In this document: positions 25,313-35,715 of the stretch, in pieces | Layout: each line of letters starts with the position of its first letter | Numbering within the stretch: position 1 is the first letter of the stretch | Origin: a virus | Taxonomy: Duplodnaviria; Caudoviricetes | Direction: 5' to 3' (one strand) | Length of the DNA: 64,000 nucleotides | IMG/VR virus record: IMGVR_UViG_3300037721_000031 | Coordinates: 160,001-224,000 of that record | Notes under the pieces: generated by a model | The model's input: the letters and a program-made list of their open reading frames with translations, nothing else | What the model was told of the DNA's origin: nothing | Database searches by the model: none | Made by a program: the position numbers and the translations under genes

Positions 25313-25678
25313 TCAGTTTAGGGACTTACTATCGTCGATCCCTGTTAATACACTAACATCCTTAGGATCAATATTGGCATCCATGAGTAACGCAGGTAAC
25401 GCCATACTGAACATCATGTTTTGTCTAGCATTCTCATCAGAGTCCATAAATTTTTGACGTAATTCTAAAGACCATCCTAACTGTGACTTACAACAAGAGA
25501 AATCTGGACAACACTCACCACCTTCAATCTTCATTATACGAATTACGTTATCATTGTCATCCACTATCTTTATGTCTGCATCGTTATTGTGAATAGAAAC
25601 ACCCTTAACCCATTCACTGAGTTGATGATCATGCGATTGCTTATAGGTCATGTTTATATCTTCTGCATAGTTGAACAT
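25313..25678 (-). CDS. Hypothetical phage protein (GECCPDFSCC motif)
   Basis: Cys cluster in a codirectional ORF. Confidence 0.7.
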   Translation of the reverse strand: MFNYAEDINMTYKQSHDHQLSEWVKGVSIHNNDADIKIVDDNDNVIRIMKIEGGECCPDFSCCKSQLGWSLELRQKFMDSDENARQNMMFSMALPALLMDANIDPKDVSVLTGIDDSKSLN

Positions 25679-25803
25679 TATAATTCTAGCACTCTTGTAA
25701 AAAATATAAAACGACAGAATACGTTAGTTGAATCTTATGAAATCGATTAACGTATTCTGTTTAATTAGTTGAACATTAATTATAACTCTAAGGAAGTTCT
25801 GGT

Positions 25804-27240
25804 ATGAGTATAGTGAAACCGTATCTTGGTCTTAGCAGAAATAGACTCACTGATTTAATTAATACTGATAACAATCCAGATCGTGTAGAAGGAGTGGACT
25901 TTACATACGGTCTTCCTCAGACGGTAACTGGTCCTAATGATGAAAACACCACTGTTACACTAACACCAGTGCAAGGAACTAACTATCGTAGTCCTGTAAA
26001 TGTTTTCTATAATAGACTCTCGATAGCTGTAGTAGGTGACCTACCGTATAACTCTATCGAACCAGCTGTGATTTCTAGTGCCCCATTCTGGATCAGAAAT
26101 GTTCTTCCAGAGATAAATAGAGCACTAGGACTAAACCTTGTGCCAGATGAAGTTGTTAACAGGTTATATACCTCTATACAACCAACTTACGAACTAACAA
26201 TCAACGGTAGTAAATCTTTAGCTTGGCTGTCTAGCACATTACAGTTTGACGCAGTTACTACCCCACTATTTAGGCTTGATACCTCAATAACAACTAGTCT
26301 ACTGTCAGGTTTTAATAGCCAAAGCATACAGCTTAATAGTAAAATCACATTAAGTACTTTAGACGGATTTGATTTAGGTCTTATAAATATCAATAGTCTT
26401 ATTACAAGTGATAATCTGGATGGATTTGATGTACAGAAGATGTCTCTTACAAGTACTATAACTGATGAGAGTTTAGATGGATTTGATATAGCTGCTGCAA
26501 CGTTGAATAGTTCAATGGTTAGTAACCTTGACGGATTTGATATAGTCTATGCTGATATTAACAGTACAATCAATACTGAGTATCTAGATGGCTTCGATAG
26601 CGCGGAAGTCGATGTCTCAAACTTTATCACATTTACTAACTTTGATGGCTTTAGTATTACGACAGTAGATATTAATCAGTTGATATCTCAAGATGATCTA
26701 GATGGATTTGATAAAGTAACTGCTCCACTATCTAATTCGATATCTACTAATTTAGATGGATTTGACAGTACACTCGCTAGTATTAATACCGTTATAAGTA
26801 CACCGAATTTAGATGGATTTGATAGCCAACTTGCTAATGTCTCCGAGTTAATAACATTAACAAATTTTGATGGTTTCAGTCCTACAACTGTTAGTATAGA
26901 ACAACTGGTGCTTGAAGAAATACTTGACGGATTTGATAAAGTCACTGAATCAATAGATAACTTAGTATCAACAGATGTATTAGATGGTTTCGATCTAATG
27001 CCGGAATCAATGGATAATCTGATACCTGAAGAAGTCTTAGATGGATTTGATAAGGTTACAGAAACTATAAGTAATCTAATGCCGGTAGGTCAGTTAGATG
27101 GGTTTACACCAGTGACTGTATCCCTTGATGAACTTATACTTAGTGAGTCACTTGATGGATTCGACAAAGTGACTGCGTCAATGGATGAATTAGTACTTGA
27201 TGACGTTCTTGACGGATTTGACCCAGAGATTATGATTTAA
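25804..27240 (+). CDS. Putative virion structural protein with LDGF repeats
   Basis: N-terminal KPYL...RL..LIN.DN domain, then ~19 LDGF/FDGF repeats about 16-17 aa apart. Confidence 0.8.
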   Translation: MSIVKPYLGLSRNRLTDLINTDNNPDRVEGVDFTYGLPQTVTGPNDENTTVTLTPVQGTNYRSPVNVFYNRLSIAVVGDLPYNSIEPAVISSAPFWIRNVLPEINRALGLNLVPDEVVNRLYTSIQPTYELTINGSKSLAWLSSTLQFDAVTTPLFRLDTSITTSLLSGFNSQSIQLNSKITLSTLDGFDLGLININSLITSDNLDGFDVQKMSLTSTITDESLDGFDIAAATLNSSMVSNLDGFDIVYADINSTINTEYLDGFDSAEVDVSNFITFTNFDGFSITTVDINQLISQDDLDGFDKVTAPLSNSISTNLDGFDSTLASINTVISTPNLDGFDSQLANVSELITLTNFDGFSPTTVSIEQLVLEEILDGFDKVTESIDNLVSTDVLDGFDLMPESMDNLIPEEVLDGFDKVTETISNLMPVGQLDGFTPVTVSLDELILSESLDGFDKVTASMDELVLDDVLDGFDPEIMI

Positions 27241-27364
27241 AGAAGTTAACTACAACTTCTGTAATGAATTCTAATTAAGGGAATTTAGGGTTCAGGTGGT
27301 AATATTTCTTTTTGTACAGTACTGACGTTAGTCATCGTACATAATTTACTTTTTTGGAAACAAC

Positions 27365-27826
27365 ATGCCTCACCAAATTGATAGAACCAAGACAGCCAGA
27401 CAAAATTTTATTGATCTCGTCAATACGGGGTCCGATTATGTTTTTGTTGGAACAGAATTTACAGAATCTGGTAGTCCTGAATTGTACACAGGGCAACCTG
27501 AAGTCAGTAATACTCAAATCACCTTAGAATCCACGCCTAACTCGGGATTTGTAGGAACGAAGACTGTGTATTATAGAAGACTAGATGCCGGTAACACTCG
27601 TACCGCAGCAGCTCTTGATTTCGATATTACTGAAACTGACGACTTAGCTAGCTTAAAGAATTTAATTTGTATTGAACATAATCTGGTAGCTAGCGAAGTT
27701 AACATCGTCGGTGACTTACCTACTGAAGTCGATGAGACTACGGTAATAAACGTATTCTTAGACCCATTTAGCCTTCTTTATACTGGTGGTACGTTTGAAG
27801 TTAATGTTACGTTAGTTGATATCTAA
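27365..27826 (+). CDS. MPHQID-family putative virion protein
   Basis: MPHQIDRTK...NFIDLVN and Y.RL motif; one of four paralogues. Confidence 0.8.
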   Translation: MPHQIDRTKTARQNFIDLVNTGSDYVFVGTEFTESGSPELYTGQPEVSNTQITLESTPNSGFVGTKTVYYRRLDAGNTRTAAALDFDITETDDLASLKNLICIEHNLVASEVNIVGDLPTEVDETTVINVFLDPFSLLYTGGTFEVNVTLVDI

Positions 27827-27916
27827 TGTAATTACTAGAATTAATGAGCGCATAAATGATGAGGACTTTTTCCTCATCATTTATATTATTTAAATAGATC
27901 ATTATACTAGGAAATT

Positions 27917-28390
27917 ATGCCTCACCAAATTGATAGAACTAAAAGCAGTTACCAGAATTTTATTGACCTTGTAAATACAGGATCGACACACACATTTACT
28001 GGTGATGAGTTTTTTGAGATTAGTACTCAGAATGTACAACCTTATACAGAAGAGCCTGGGATTGTTAATACTCAAGCAGAATTAATAGCTGCACCAGGCT
28101 CAGGATTTACAGGATCTAAGTTTATTCGATATAATCGTTTAGAGCCTGGCAATACTCGTTTCGGTGCATCTCTAGATTATGAGATTACATCTGAAGACAA
28201 TGATGCTTCTTTAAAAGAAAAGATCTGTGTGGAACACAATCTTATATTTAACGAAGTCAGTGTGGATGGTCAGATTCCTGAAATAGTCGGTGATACAAGT
28301 CAGATGACTGTGGTCTTTCCAGAGTTTAGTCTTATATACATCGCAGGCAGTATGCTTATCAATGTGACATTAGTAGAATCTAATCCTTAA
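27917..28390 (+). CDS. MPHQID-family putative virion protein
   Basis: Paralogue of 27365. Confidence 0.8.
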   Translation: MPHQIDRTKSSYQNFIDLVNTGSTHTFTGDEFFEISTQNVQPYTEEPGIVNTQAELIAAPGSGFTGSKFIRYNRLEPGNTRFGASLDYEITSEDNDASLKEKICVEHNLIFNEVSVDGQIPEIVGDTSQMTVVFPEFSLIYIAGSMLINVTLVESNP

Positions 28391-28524
28391 ATAATAATAA
28401 TAATAATAATAGTTATAATAAAGACATAATCAGTGGAGGCATAAATAGCTAGAATATATTCTCGTTATTTATGACGTTTGAGTTTAGCCGACTTCGTAAC
28501 TCTCGTCATAAAGGAGTCTCACAC

Positions 28525-29523
28525 ATGAGTCTTTTGAAGCCTTATTTAAGGTTAACACGCGACAGATTAACATCTCTCATAAATAACGACAGCGATCAAG
28601 ATAGAGTAGAAGGGGTTGACTTCGTATATAGCGACCCACAACAAGCTTTGGGTCCAAACGGTACAAACACAGTAGTTACTTTAATTCCGTTACCTGGATC
28701 TAGCTATTACGAACCTACTCAAGTTTACTATAACAGATTACATATATCTGTAGCTGCACAGTCATTTTATAACGCTGTTGAACCTGTTATTATTTTAAAT
28801 GTTCCGTTTAGGATGCACGATGTCCTAAACGAGATTAATAGAGTATTTGGATTGAGTCTTACTACAGACGACGTGATTAATACTGAACATACGTCTGAGG
28901 AAAGCTCGTATACTTTATTTACGAATGGTGATAAATCGTTAATCTGGATGTCAAGTACATTACAGTTTAGAGCTACAGTAGTGACAACAGGTACTGATTC
29001 TTTAGATAATCTAATACCAGTTGATTGTCTTGATGGATTTAGTCTACAATCAGCATCTTTATGCGAATTACTTGATGTGACTATTCTTGATGGATTCGGT
29101 TTGACCAATATGGTCCCACATGGTGATTTGGGTGGTATGGTTAATAGTCCATTAGATGGATTTGATTCAGACTGTATAGTTTTATCGCAAGCTATCAGCA
29201 ATACATTTCTAGACGGGTTCAGTGCCGGCACTGCAGTTCTGGATGATGTTATTGAATTGAGTTACCTGGACGGATTCAGCACTCTTAAAGTAAGTTTAGA
29301 AGATGTCTTTGAAAGTAATAATCTAAACGGCTTTACTAGCTATCCTTCAGAGCTAAGCTCAGTGTTGAATTCAAATATTCTTGATGGATTTACTTTTACG
29401 ATAGCCAGTCTTAGTGATATACTGAGTCAAGATGTATACGATGGCTTTGACCCTATCGAAACCGATTTGGAAGAAGTAATTCTTAGTACAAACTTTGACG
29501 GTTTTAACCCTAATGCATTATAG
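28525..29523 (+). CDS. Putative virion structural protein with LDGF repeats (paralogue of 25804)
   Basis: SD AAGGAG before MSLLKPYL; ~11 (L/F)DGF-type repeats. Confidence 0.8.
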   Translation: MSLLKPYLRLTRDRLTSLINNDSDQDRVEGVDFVYSDPQQALGPNGTNTVVTLIPLPGSSYYEPTQVYYNRLHISVAAQSFYNAVEPVIILNVPFRMHDVLNEINRVFGLSLTTDDVINTEHTSEESSYTLFTNGDKSLIWMSSTLQFRATVVTTGTDSLDNLIPVDCLDGFSLQSASLCELLDVTILDGFGLTNMVPHGDLGGMVNSPLDGFDSDCIVLSQAISNTFLDGFSAGTAVLDDVIELSYLDGFSTLKVSLEDVFESNNLNGFTSYPSELSSVLNSNILDGFTFTIASLSDILSQDVYDGFDPIETDLEEVILSTNFDGFNPNAL

Positions 29524-29582
29524 TAAAGCATTAGTACTAAGTAGTCCAATCAGTAATTAACCTTATTTTTCGTAGAAACAAT

Positions 29583-30635
29583 ATGCCACATCAAATTGAT
29601 AAAACTAAAACTGCCGAACAGAACTTGATTGATCTTATTAACGCTACATCTGAGTATACTTTTACAGGAGAAGAATTTACACATGGTACTCCTGAAGAGT
29701 ATACTCCTGAATCACCAGATATAAGCAACACACAGGTACTATTAACAGCTGTACCTGGATCTGGCGTTACTGGTACCAAGATTATTACGTATCGTCGTCT
29801 GGAAATGGGTAAGACTGTTACAGCGGCACCTCGGACTTTCGAAGTCACTTCTTCTGATAATCAAGCTAGTGTTGAAGAACTTATTGCTGAAGCGCATAAC
29901 TTAGTATATGGTCAGTTTTACCTGTCTGGCTCTATCCCGTCACCAGGTGGTTCAGATACAAACTGTACATTACACGCCTACAGTGATAGCTTGCTGTATT
30001 TCGGCACATGTCCAATTACATTAACCTCAGAAGAAGTTGCACCTCCTGCTGAACAAAATGTGTTTCAATTGAGAACACGTACACCGAATATACAGTATAC
30101 AAGTGTGTATTTAGCAGATGTTCCAACTGCGATTGTTATTGGTAATGATGCGAATACTGCTACAGAAGAGTGGAGTACTGCGTTTAATCCGAATATTACT
30201 ACGGATGAATCAACTGTATCGTTAAGTGGTCCAGGTACTGCAGCAGATTTCTTCACCACGCGCCAACCTTCCACAGAAGGTCCTCGTTATTGGGAAATAC
30301 TTATTGTTAACGTCGCACCTGAATTGGGTACTTTTGCTATTGGCTTGTACGGTCATCCGTTTAATGATTTCAATGAAAATCTTTATGTTGGTGGTGCGCC
30401 AGATATCGGCGGCAGTGCAACTTATTACGAGTCGACTGGCTTTATTGTAAACAACAATAGCACTGTTACATCAGGTCCTGTACTTGCAGAAGGTGACGTT
30501 GTTGGTATTGTTGTTAGTAATCCGGCAGTGCCTAATGCAGCTAGGTTCTATGTTAATGGTGTATTTATTGGTACAGCAGACGTAGCCGCTTCATCAGTAA
30601 CACCAATTGCTTCACAGAAACAAATTGAAGTTTAA
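29583..30635 (+). CDS. MPHQID-family protein with C-terminal SPRY-like domain
   Basis: RYWEI...IGL...GDVVGIVV...FYVNG pattern. Confidence 0.75.
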   Translation: MPHQIDKTKTAEQNLIDLINATSEYTFTGEEFTHGTPEEYTPESPDISNTQVLLTAVPGSGVTGTKIITYRRLEMGKTVTAAPRTFEVTSSDNQASVEELIAEAHNLVYGQFYLSGSIPSPGGSDTNCTLHAYSDSLLYFGTCPITLTSEEVAPPAEQNVFQLRTRTPNIQYTSVYLADVPTAIVIGNDANTATEEWSTAFNPNITTDESTVSLSGPGTAADFFTTRQPSTEGPRYWEILIVNVAPELGTFAIGLYGHPFNDFNENLYVGGAPDIGGSATYYESTGFIVNNNSTVTSGPVLAEGDVVGIVVSNPAVPNAARFYVNGVFIGTADVAASSVTPIASQKQIEV

Positions 30636-30685
30636 GTACTCTATAACGTTTTTAATAATTTAACTTCTTAAAGAAGGAAAAAAAC

Positions 30686-31699
30686 ATGCCTCATCAAATC
30701 GACAGAGCAAAGACTGCTGATGAAAATCTGATTGACCTTATTAATACGGCATCTACTTATACTTTTACAGGAACCGAATTCACACACGGTGATCCTGCTG
30801 AGTATACTCCAGAGTCACCTGACACGAGTAATACTCAAATTACTCTTACATCAGTACCCGGGTCTGGTGTTACTGGTGCGAAGACCGTAAGATATCGCCG
30901 CTTAGAGATGGGTGAAACGCGAACTGGTGCTTCAACTACTTTTACAGTTGAAGATGGTGACGATAGAACTAGTCTCGAAGCAAAGATCGCTGTTGAACAT
31001 AACTTAGTTATTGGTCAGTTTACCTTAGTAGGTACTATACCTGAATACGGTGACGCTGATTCTAATTGTACAATAGAAGCTGTAACTAACAGCGTTCTCT
31101 ACTATGGGACAGCGGCTGTAGTTCTGAGTGAAGATTTGAGTGAACCGGTACCAGCTGGATATTCAGTCCGCATGCGTACAGTGCTGGAAGACATGATATA
31201 TGAAAGTAGTTATGTCGCTGCAGTAGCGGATGTTACAGGGCGAGCAGGCACTATAGATCCAGCGTCTATTGGTCCAGGCGTTACGTTGTCTGAACTGGAT
31301 ATGACGGCTGAATCTTCTGGTCTTGCTGCCTCTTGCCATGGTACTGAGAATAGCTTAGTACCAAATGGTATTGTCTGTGAGTGGGAGATTATTGGATCTG
31401 GTGATGCAAGAATGTCTGTTGGATTCTTATCTGGATCAGGTTCGTACGACAACAGTGCATTCCGTGCTGGCGATGATAACTTCCCGGGACCGTTCGGTAC
31501 GTGGTACGACAGTGATGGACAGGTAGTAGCTGCAGGTCAATCATCACTTGTTGCACCGACATACACTGTGGGTGATGTCATCGGTATTATCAATCGCTCT
31601 GGTACCGGTACTTTATTCTTCAAAAATGGAACTCAAGTACTTAACCCATCAGGCACATTGAACTTCCCAAGAGCTGCAATCTCTTTTGAAGCTGTTTAA
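30686..31699 (+). CDS. MPHQID-family protein with C-terminal SPRY-like domain
   Basis: EWEI...VGF...GDVIGII...FFKNG pattern. Confidence 0.75.
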   Translation: MPHQIDRAKTADENLIDLINTASTYTFTGTEFTHGDPAEYTPESPDTSNTQITLTSVPGSGVTGAKTVRYRRLEMGETRTGASTTFTVEDGDDRTSLEAKIAVEHNLVIGQFTLVGTIPEYGDADSNCTIEAVTNSVLYYGTAAVVLSEDLSEPVPAGYSVRMRTVLEDMIYESSYVAAVADVTGRAGTIDPASIGPGVTLSELDMTAESSGLAASCHGTENSLVPNGIVCEWEIIGSGDARMSVGFLSGSGSYDNSAFRAGDDNFPGPFGTWYDSDGQVVAAGQSSLVAPTYTVGDVIGIINRSGTGTLFFKNGTQVLNPSGTLNFPRAAISFEAV

Positions 31700-31747
31700 T
31701 ATCTGATTAAGAAGTTAATGTAGTTTTTATAAAGAAAAAAAGATGTC

Positions 31748-31778
31748 ATAAGAGCCCGGGGAATTCCCCGGGCTCTAT
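31748..31778. terminator. Bidirectional hairpin between convergent genes
   Basis: AGAGCCCGGGGA-AT-TCCCCGGGCTCT with CATA/TATG flanks. Confidence 0.7.
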
Positions 31779-31785
31779 GCTGTAA

Positions 31786-32313
31786 TTAAACAGAATGATG
31801 ATCAACATCTGAAGTAGTATCAATGCTGGTGCTAATGACAATACTATCTATTAGAAATAGTTTAGCGTCACTTGTCCTACCGCAGTAACCTAAGTCTCTG
31901 TAGAATATACCAGCCACTTTAGTATAGATACTAGCTAGACCAGAAGTAGTCTGAATTACAGTTAGCGCAGTATCGCTAAAGAAGCTAAGTAAAAGGTCTT
32001 CTTGACGTATGTAGTGCTGACCTGAGAAACAGAAACTAGTGCAATAGTTACCATTAATGAAGCTAAACGGAATCAGTGTCTCCAACTTAAATAACTTATC
32101 GTTTTCATCACGGAAGACTACTGCTGTGATTTTAGAATCACGCATCATATTTTCAACTACATCATCAGCAGGCAGTGTGTCAGACACTGCTTTTGATATA
32201 TCAACATTACTAAACGGGAACTGCTGAAGAGTATCGATAGAATCATATCCCTTTAACGGACGTAAAGGTTTTTGGTATACTGAAACCTCGGAAGTATAAT
32301 TTACCAGAGTCAT
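31786..32313 (-). CDS. Hypothetical protein
   Basis: Codirectional ORF. Confidence 0.65.
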   Translation of the reverse strand: MTLVNYTSEVSVYQKPLRPLKGYDSIDTLQQFPFSNVDISKAVSDTLPADDVVENMMRDSKITAVVFRDENDKLFKLETLIPFSFINGNYCTSFCFSGQHYIRQEDLLLSFFSDTALTVIQTTSGLASIYTKVAGIFYRDLGYCGRTSDAKLFLIDSIVISTSIDTTSDVDHHSV

Positions 32314-32321
32314 GATTAGGT

Positions 32322-32558
32322 TTAAAATTTAATATCGGTAGATTTCAACGTTAATTTAACGGTCTTCAAAAAGGAAGAAGTAGCTAGTTCATCCGTTTGA
32401 TCTTTCTTCACTTTTCGAATTAATGCCGATATAGCTCTCTTAGCACCTAAATACTCTGGAACCATACTGTAAGAGGGTCTTTCCGAATCACTGGCTAGTT
32501 CTATAGCGTCTTCAGTTTCTTCTAAGGCTTCTTCAAGGTATTCTAATGTTGTTTTCAT
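32322..32558 (-). CDS. Hypothetical protein
   Basis: ORF with SD GGAG. Confidence 0.65.
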   Translation of the reverse strand: MKTTLEYLEEALEETEDAIELASDSERPSYSMVPEYLGAKRAISALIRKVKKDQTDELATSSFLKTVKLTLKSTDIKF

Positions 32559-32577
32559 ACATACTCCAATATTACAT

Positions 32578-32904
32578 TCAGAAACAAGCTCTCCTTATAC
32601 GATCATCATCATAGTCTGAGATCATTGCGAGCAGTTTCTGTTTCTTAAGCAATACGACAGAGACTACTATTGTACTTACAGAGAGTATAAGACATAAAAC
32701 TTTAATATCACATGTAAAAGCTACAGTAATATTAACGATAATTGCTAGTGCGAAAATGCATTGACGTACAAAGTTAATAGTAAATAATGCATCTTGGAAC
32801 AGCTGAAAATTCGCCTCATGCTCAATCGATGGAGATAGATTCTCTTTAGGGAGAACATGCCAGTAATAAACATGTTTCAATAGAGGAAGATTATAAAGTT
32901 TCAT
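32578..32904 (-). CDS. Hypothetical membrane protein
   Basis: Two TM segments. Confidence 0.65.
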   Translation of the reverse strand: MKLYNLPLLKHVYYWHVLPKENLSPSIEHEANFQLFQDALFTINFVRQCIFALAIIVNITVAFTCDIKVLCLILSVSTIVVSVVLLKKQKLLAMISDYDDDRIRRACF

Positions 32905-32921
32905 GAGATCTCTTTAATTAA

Positions 32922-33467
32922 TTACCAATAATCTCTAGAACACATTGTATCCGAAAATTCTTCTACATCTCTTGGAAGAATAAGAAGCAGACTGTAGTCA
33001 GGCAAGATAGTCTCGTAAAGATACGGCATCCATCTATCTTGAATATAGCAGCCATTAGCTTTCAAGATATCAGATATGTCTAAACTAGCTTGCTCTAGTC
33101 CTATCATCTTGTCTAGATAAGCTACTCGATTCTTTGGACCTCTTACACCCATTGAGAGCCCATCATAAATCTCTCCAGCTATTCTGGATATCTTAATGCT
33201 AGATGTAATTTTGTCTGACAAAGCATTGAGTATCTTAGAAACTACTAATTCGCTATCTGATCCGAATATGAGAGATATTTGCTTGATAGGAACACTAGTA
33301 GGAATGATTACCTTGGACGGAAGTGATTGAATATATGCCTGATACAAACTGTATCTACTTTCAAGATTATCGGATAGCTCAATATCAGGCAACTCATATC
33401 CAGCATTACAGATATCGCTATTTACTCTAAATGGCCAGGGTTGTGACGAGTCATGAGTTGGATACAT
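32922..33467 (-). CDS. Hypothetical protein
   Basis: Codirectional ORF. Confidence 0.65.
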   Translation of the reverse strand: MYPTHDSSQPWPFRVNSDICNAGYELPDIELSDNLESRYSLYQAYIQSLPSKVIIPTSVPIKQISLIFGSDSELVVSKILNALSDKITSSIKISRIAGEIYDGLSMGVRGPKNRVAYLDKMIGLEQASLDISDILKANGCYIQDRWMPYLYETILPDYSLLLILPRDVEEFSDTMCSRDYW

Positions 33468-33732
33468 TCTTCTCTGGCTCCTTTACATCTGTTACAAGTG
33501 ACCATCCGTATGGGCTAGAATCTGTATAACAATCGTACCTCATGAATACACGACCATCTTGTACTTCCACATACTCTTTTCCAGATGTACGTAAGTTATC
33601 AGAAGGCTCATGCCAGTATTTAACTACAAGAGAATTGATGAATTGGGGATAATTCTTTCTACTTCCTGTTGAAGTCGGTAGAAAATTATCTACAGCAATA
33701 GTCTTACCAATGTGACTAAATAGACTAAGCAT
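33451..33732 (-). CDS. Hypothetical protein
   Basis: Codirectional ORF. Confidence 0.65.
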   Translation of the reverse strand: MLSLFSHIGKTIAVDNFLPTSTGSRKNYPQFINSLVVKYWHEPSDNLRTSGKEYVEVQDGRVFMRYDCYTDSSPYGWSLVTDVKEPEKNVSNS

Positions 33733-33796
33733 TTTATTCCCTCAACAATAGGTTATCTGAACGTAGGCTTTTCTACACTACTTTATTAAAGCCAGA

Positions 33797-34306
33797 TTAA
33801 TTCATTGTAGGAAAAACGTCGACTCTTATCAATTTGAAATCACTAACGTAACCAGCACTATCTGAGCTCCCGACACCGTATGCTCTGAAGTCTGCTAGAC
33901 CGAGCCTGACGAGTTCAGTAAGAACACCGCCCGTTGGACTTGGTAGAATTTCAATATCACAAACCAACAGCTCGCCAGAAATACGCAAGTTACTGGCAAT
34001 GTGTGATGATTCTGAGATAGGTGGTTCTGTCCAACTAACTTTACCACTTTCAGACAGATAGTCGTCAACCACTAAACGACCTCGGATTTTCTTTCCACGC
34101 CAAGCAGTCACAACTTTCTGAATTTCGGCTGTACTATAGGTTCTTCCGCTACCCATTGGTTTATCAAGCTCAATAAGAATTGCACCAATAATACATGTTG
34201 GACTAGGACAACTTCGCATGTTTGCTGCCGGTACAGCATTAGCCAATCCTACCGACATCATGATAGCCATTACAGCAATAGCGGTATTTCGAATAAAATT
34301 AAGCAT
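33797..34306 (-). CDS. Degenerate T4 gp21-like prohead protease paralogue with signal peptide
   Basis: GRTY, SH....L...G......EIL.SP.G..L..L...G, G.GS, V.DF.L...DV pattern; N-terminal signal ending in ANA. Confidence 0.55.
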   Translation of the reverse strand: MLNFIRNTAIAVMAIMMSVGLANAVPAANMRSCPSPTCIIGAILIELDKPMGSGRTYSTAEIQKVVTAWRGKKIRGRLVVDDYLSESGKVSWTEPPISESSHIASNLRISGELLVCDIEILPSPTGGVLTELVRLGLADFRAYGVGSSDSAGYVSDFKLIRVDVFPTMN

Positions 34307-34366
34307 TTAATTTCCTTTTCAAATAACAAATAAGAGGTCTGTCTATTATAAATGTAAAGCTGTTTT

Positions 34367-35122
34367 CTAGCTCTTGGATGACACTAGAGTACGAACTAAT
34401 GACAAACAACTAATTGTAGACAAGATATAACCTAGGTTTACATCATCTATAAAAGGAAGTGTCTTCATTAATACATCTTTAGTCATCATTGCCATTACGC
34501 TACTCAGCTCAGAAGTAGACACTAAGCAAATAACTAAAGCGACATGCTGCCCTGTCATAAGTGAAAAAGTTTCCACCAGCCTATTACTACTCGTTAAGCA
34601 CGAAACAATCAAACTAACTCTGCGAGTTTTATCTTGTAATGCAATATCTGTAGTAGCGGCAGTAACTAACATCCGAACTAACAATACATCATTAGCCTTG
34701 GTTATAATGGATGTTAGTGTCGGCTTATTCAATATACTAAGCATTCGTATAAGTATATTAGCGTTACGATCTCTTAAGATAGTCGGTAACGCCTGATCTA
34801 GTGTCTCTGTATTTTTAAATGATAAGATATTTTCAAAGATTTCGTCATTCATCAAATAAAGTAAATCGACCAATCTTTCCGGGCTTACACATTGGAGTAC
34901 CTTAAAACACACGTTGTCTCTAAGAACGCTAAGAGCTGTAACAATGCCGGCATCACTAGTCTCGTTAACGATCTTAAGAAGACTCTCGTCTGTAGCGCTC
35001 CGTAGTCTATCGACCTCGTTTAAATATCTTAGCTTTGAGATATCGGGCGTAGAAGTTATTGACACAACGTTTCCTTTAGAAGTTAAGTGAATCGCGTTAG
35101 CAAAGATTAGATCGTCCACCAT
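34367..35122 (-). CDS. Helical-repeat protein (MgtE-N/FliG-like)
   Basis: About 12-aa helical periodicity (S.E.L..LL..M). Confidence 0.5.
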   Translation of the reverse strand: MVDDLIFANAIHLTSKGNVVSITSTPDISKLRYLNEVDRLRSATDESLLKIVNETSDAGIVTALSVLRDNVCFKVLQCVSPERLVDLLYLMNDEIFENILSFKNTETLDQALPTILRDRNANILIRMLSILNKPTLTSIITKANDVLLVRMLVTAATTDIALQDKTRRVSLIVSCLTSSNRLVETFSLMTGQHVALVICLVSTSELSSVMAMMTKDVLMKTLPFIDDVNLGYILSTISCLSLVRTLVSSKS

Positions 35123-35451
35123 TCAATAATAAATTCATCTGATAGTTCTTTTACACCAGTACGCAGACCTATAAGCGCTACATCCTTTGGTTGTAATTTG
35201 AAATCAGCGCCACCAGTTTGCAGAGGAATGCGAAGAATATCACTGTAAACAGCAGCTACATCAACATCGCTAATAGTGGATACTCTGTTATCGCTATAGC
35301 TAACGAGCTTACGAGCTTGTTCGGAAGTAATAGGAACAGGTACGCGCGTACTGCGCACTATTGTGTCATCCCAATGCCCTGATCTAGGAGCATGCTGAGT
35401 ATCTCTATTAATAGCTGACAGATTAAACTGATCACACACGTAAATCGTCAT
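35107..35451 (-). CDS. Hypothetical protein
   Basis: ORF with SD AAGGA. Confidence 0.7.
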   Translation of the reverse strand: MTIYVCDQFNLSAINRDTQHAPRSGHWDDTIVRSTRVPVPITSEQARKLVSYSDNRVSTISDVDVAAVYSDILRIPLQTGGADFKLQPKDVALIGLRTGVKELSDEFIIEWWTI

Positions 35452-35488
35452 GACAATTCCTTATTAAAAATAAACTATAGCTAGTTTA

Positions 35489-35683
35489 CTACTTTACTTT
35501 ATTTAAAGCTTTTTCTAAACGATCTTTTATGCCGTGAATATTATCAGGGTCATACCAGGAACCTTGGAGCCAGAGCATAGGGGATGATTCCGCTAGACGC
35601 TTTATAAGGTCAAGAGACTCACTAGCAGCATTCTCTAATTCAATTTGCTCGGCTGTCTTAACAGTATTATTACCAGTACTCAT
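35489..35683 (-). CDS. Hypothetical protein
   Basis: Short ORF. Confidence 0.6.
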   Translation of the reverse strand: MSTGNNTVKTAEQIELENAASESLDLIKRLAESSPMLWLQGSWYDPDNIHGIKDRLEKALNKVK

Positions 35684-35715
35684 TTGTGTAATGTATGTTT
35701 ATAAAAAGCTAAATA

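Noticed and set aside
25804-29523. CRISPR array or DNA tandem repeat
   Set aside because: The recurring GATGGATTTGA words are in-frame codons of the LDGF protein repeat, with synonymous variation.
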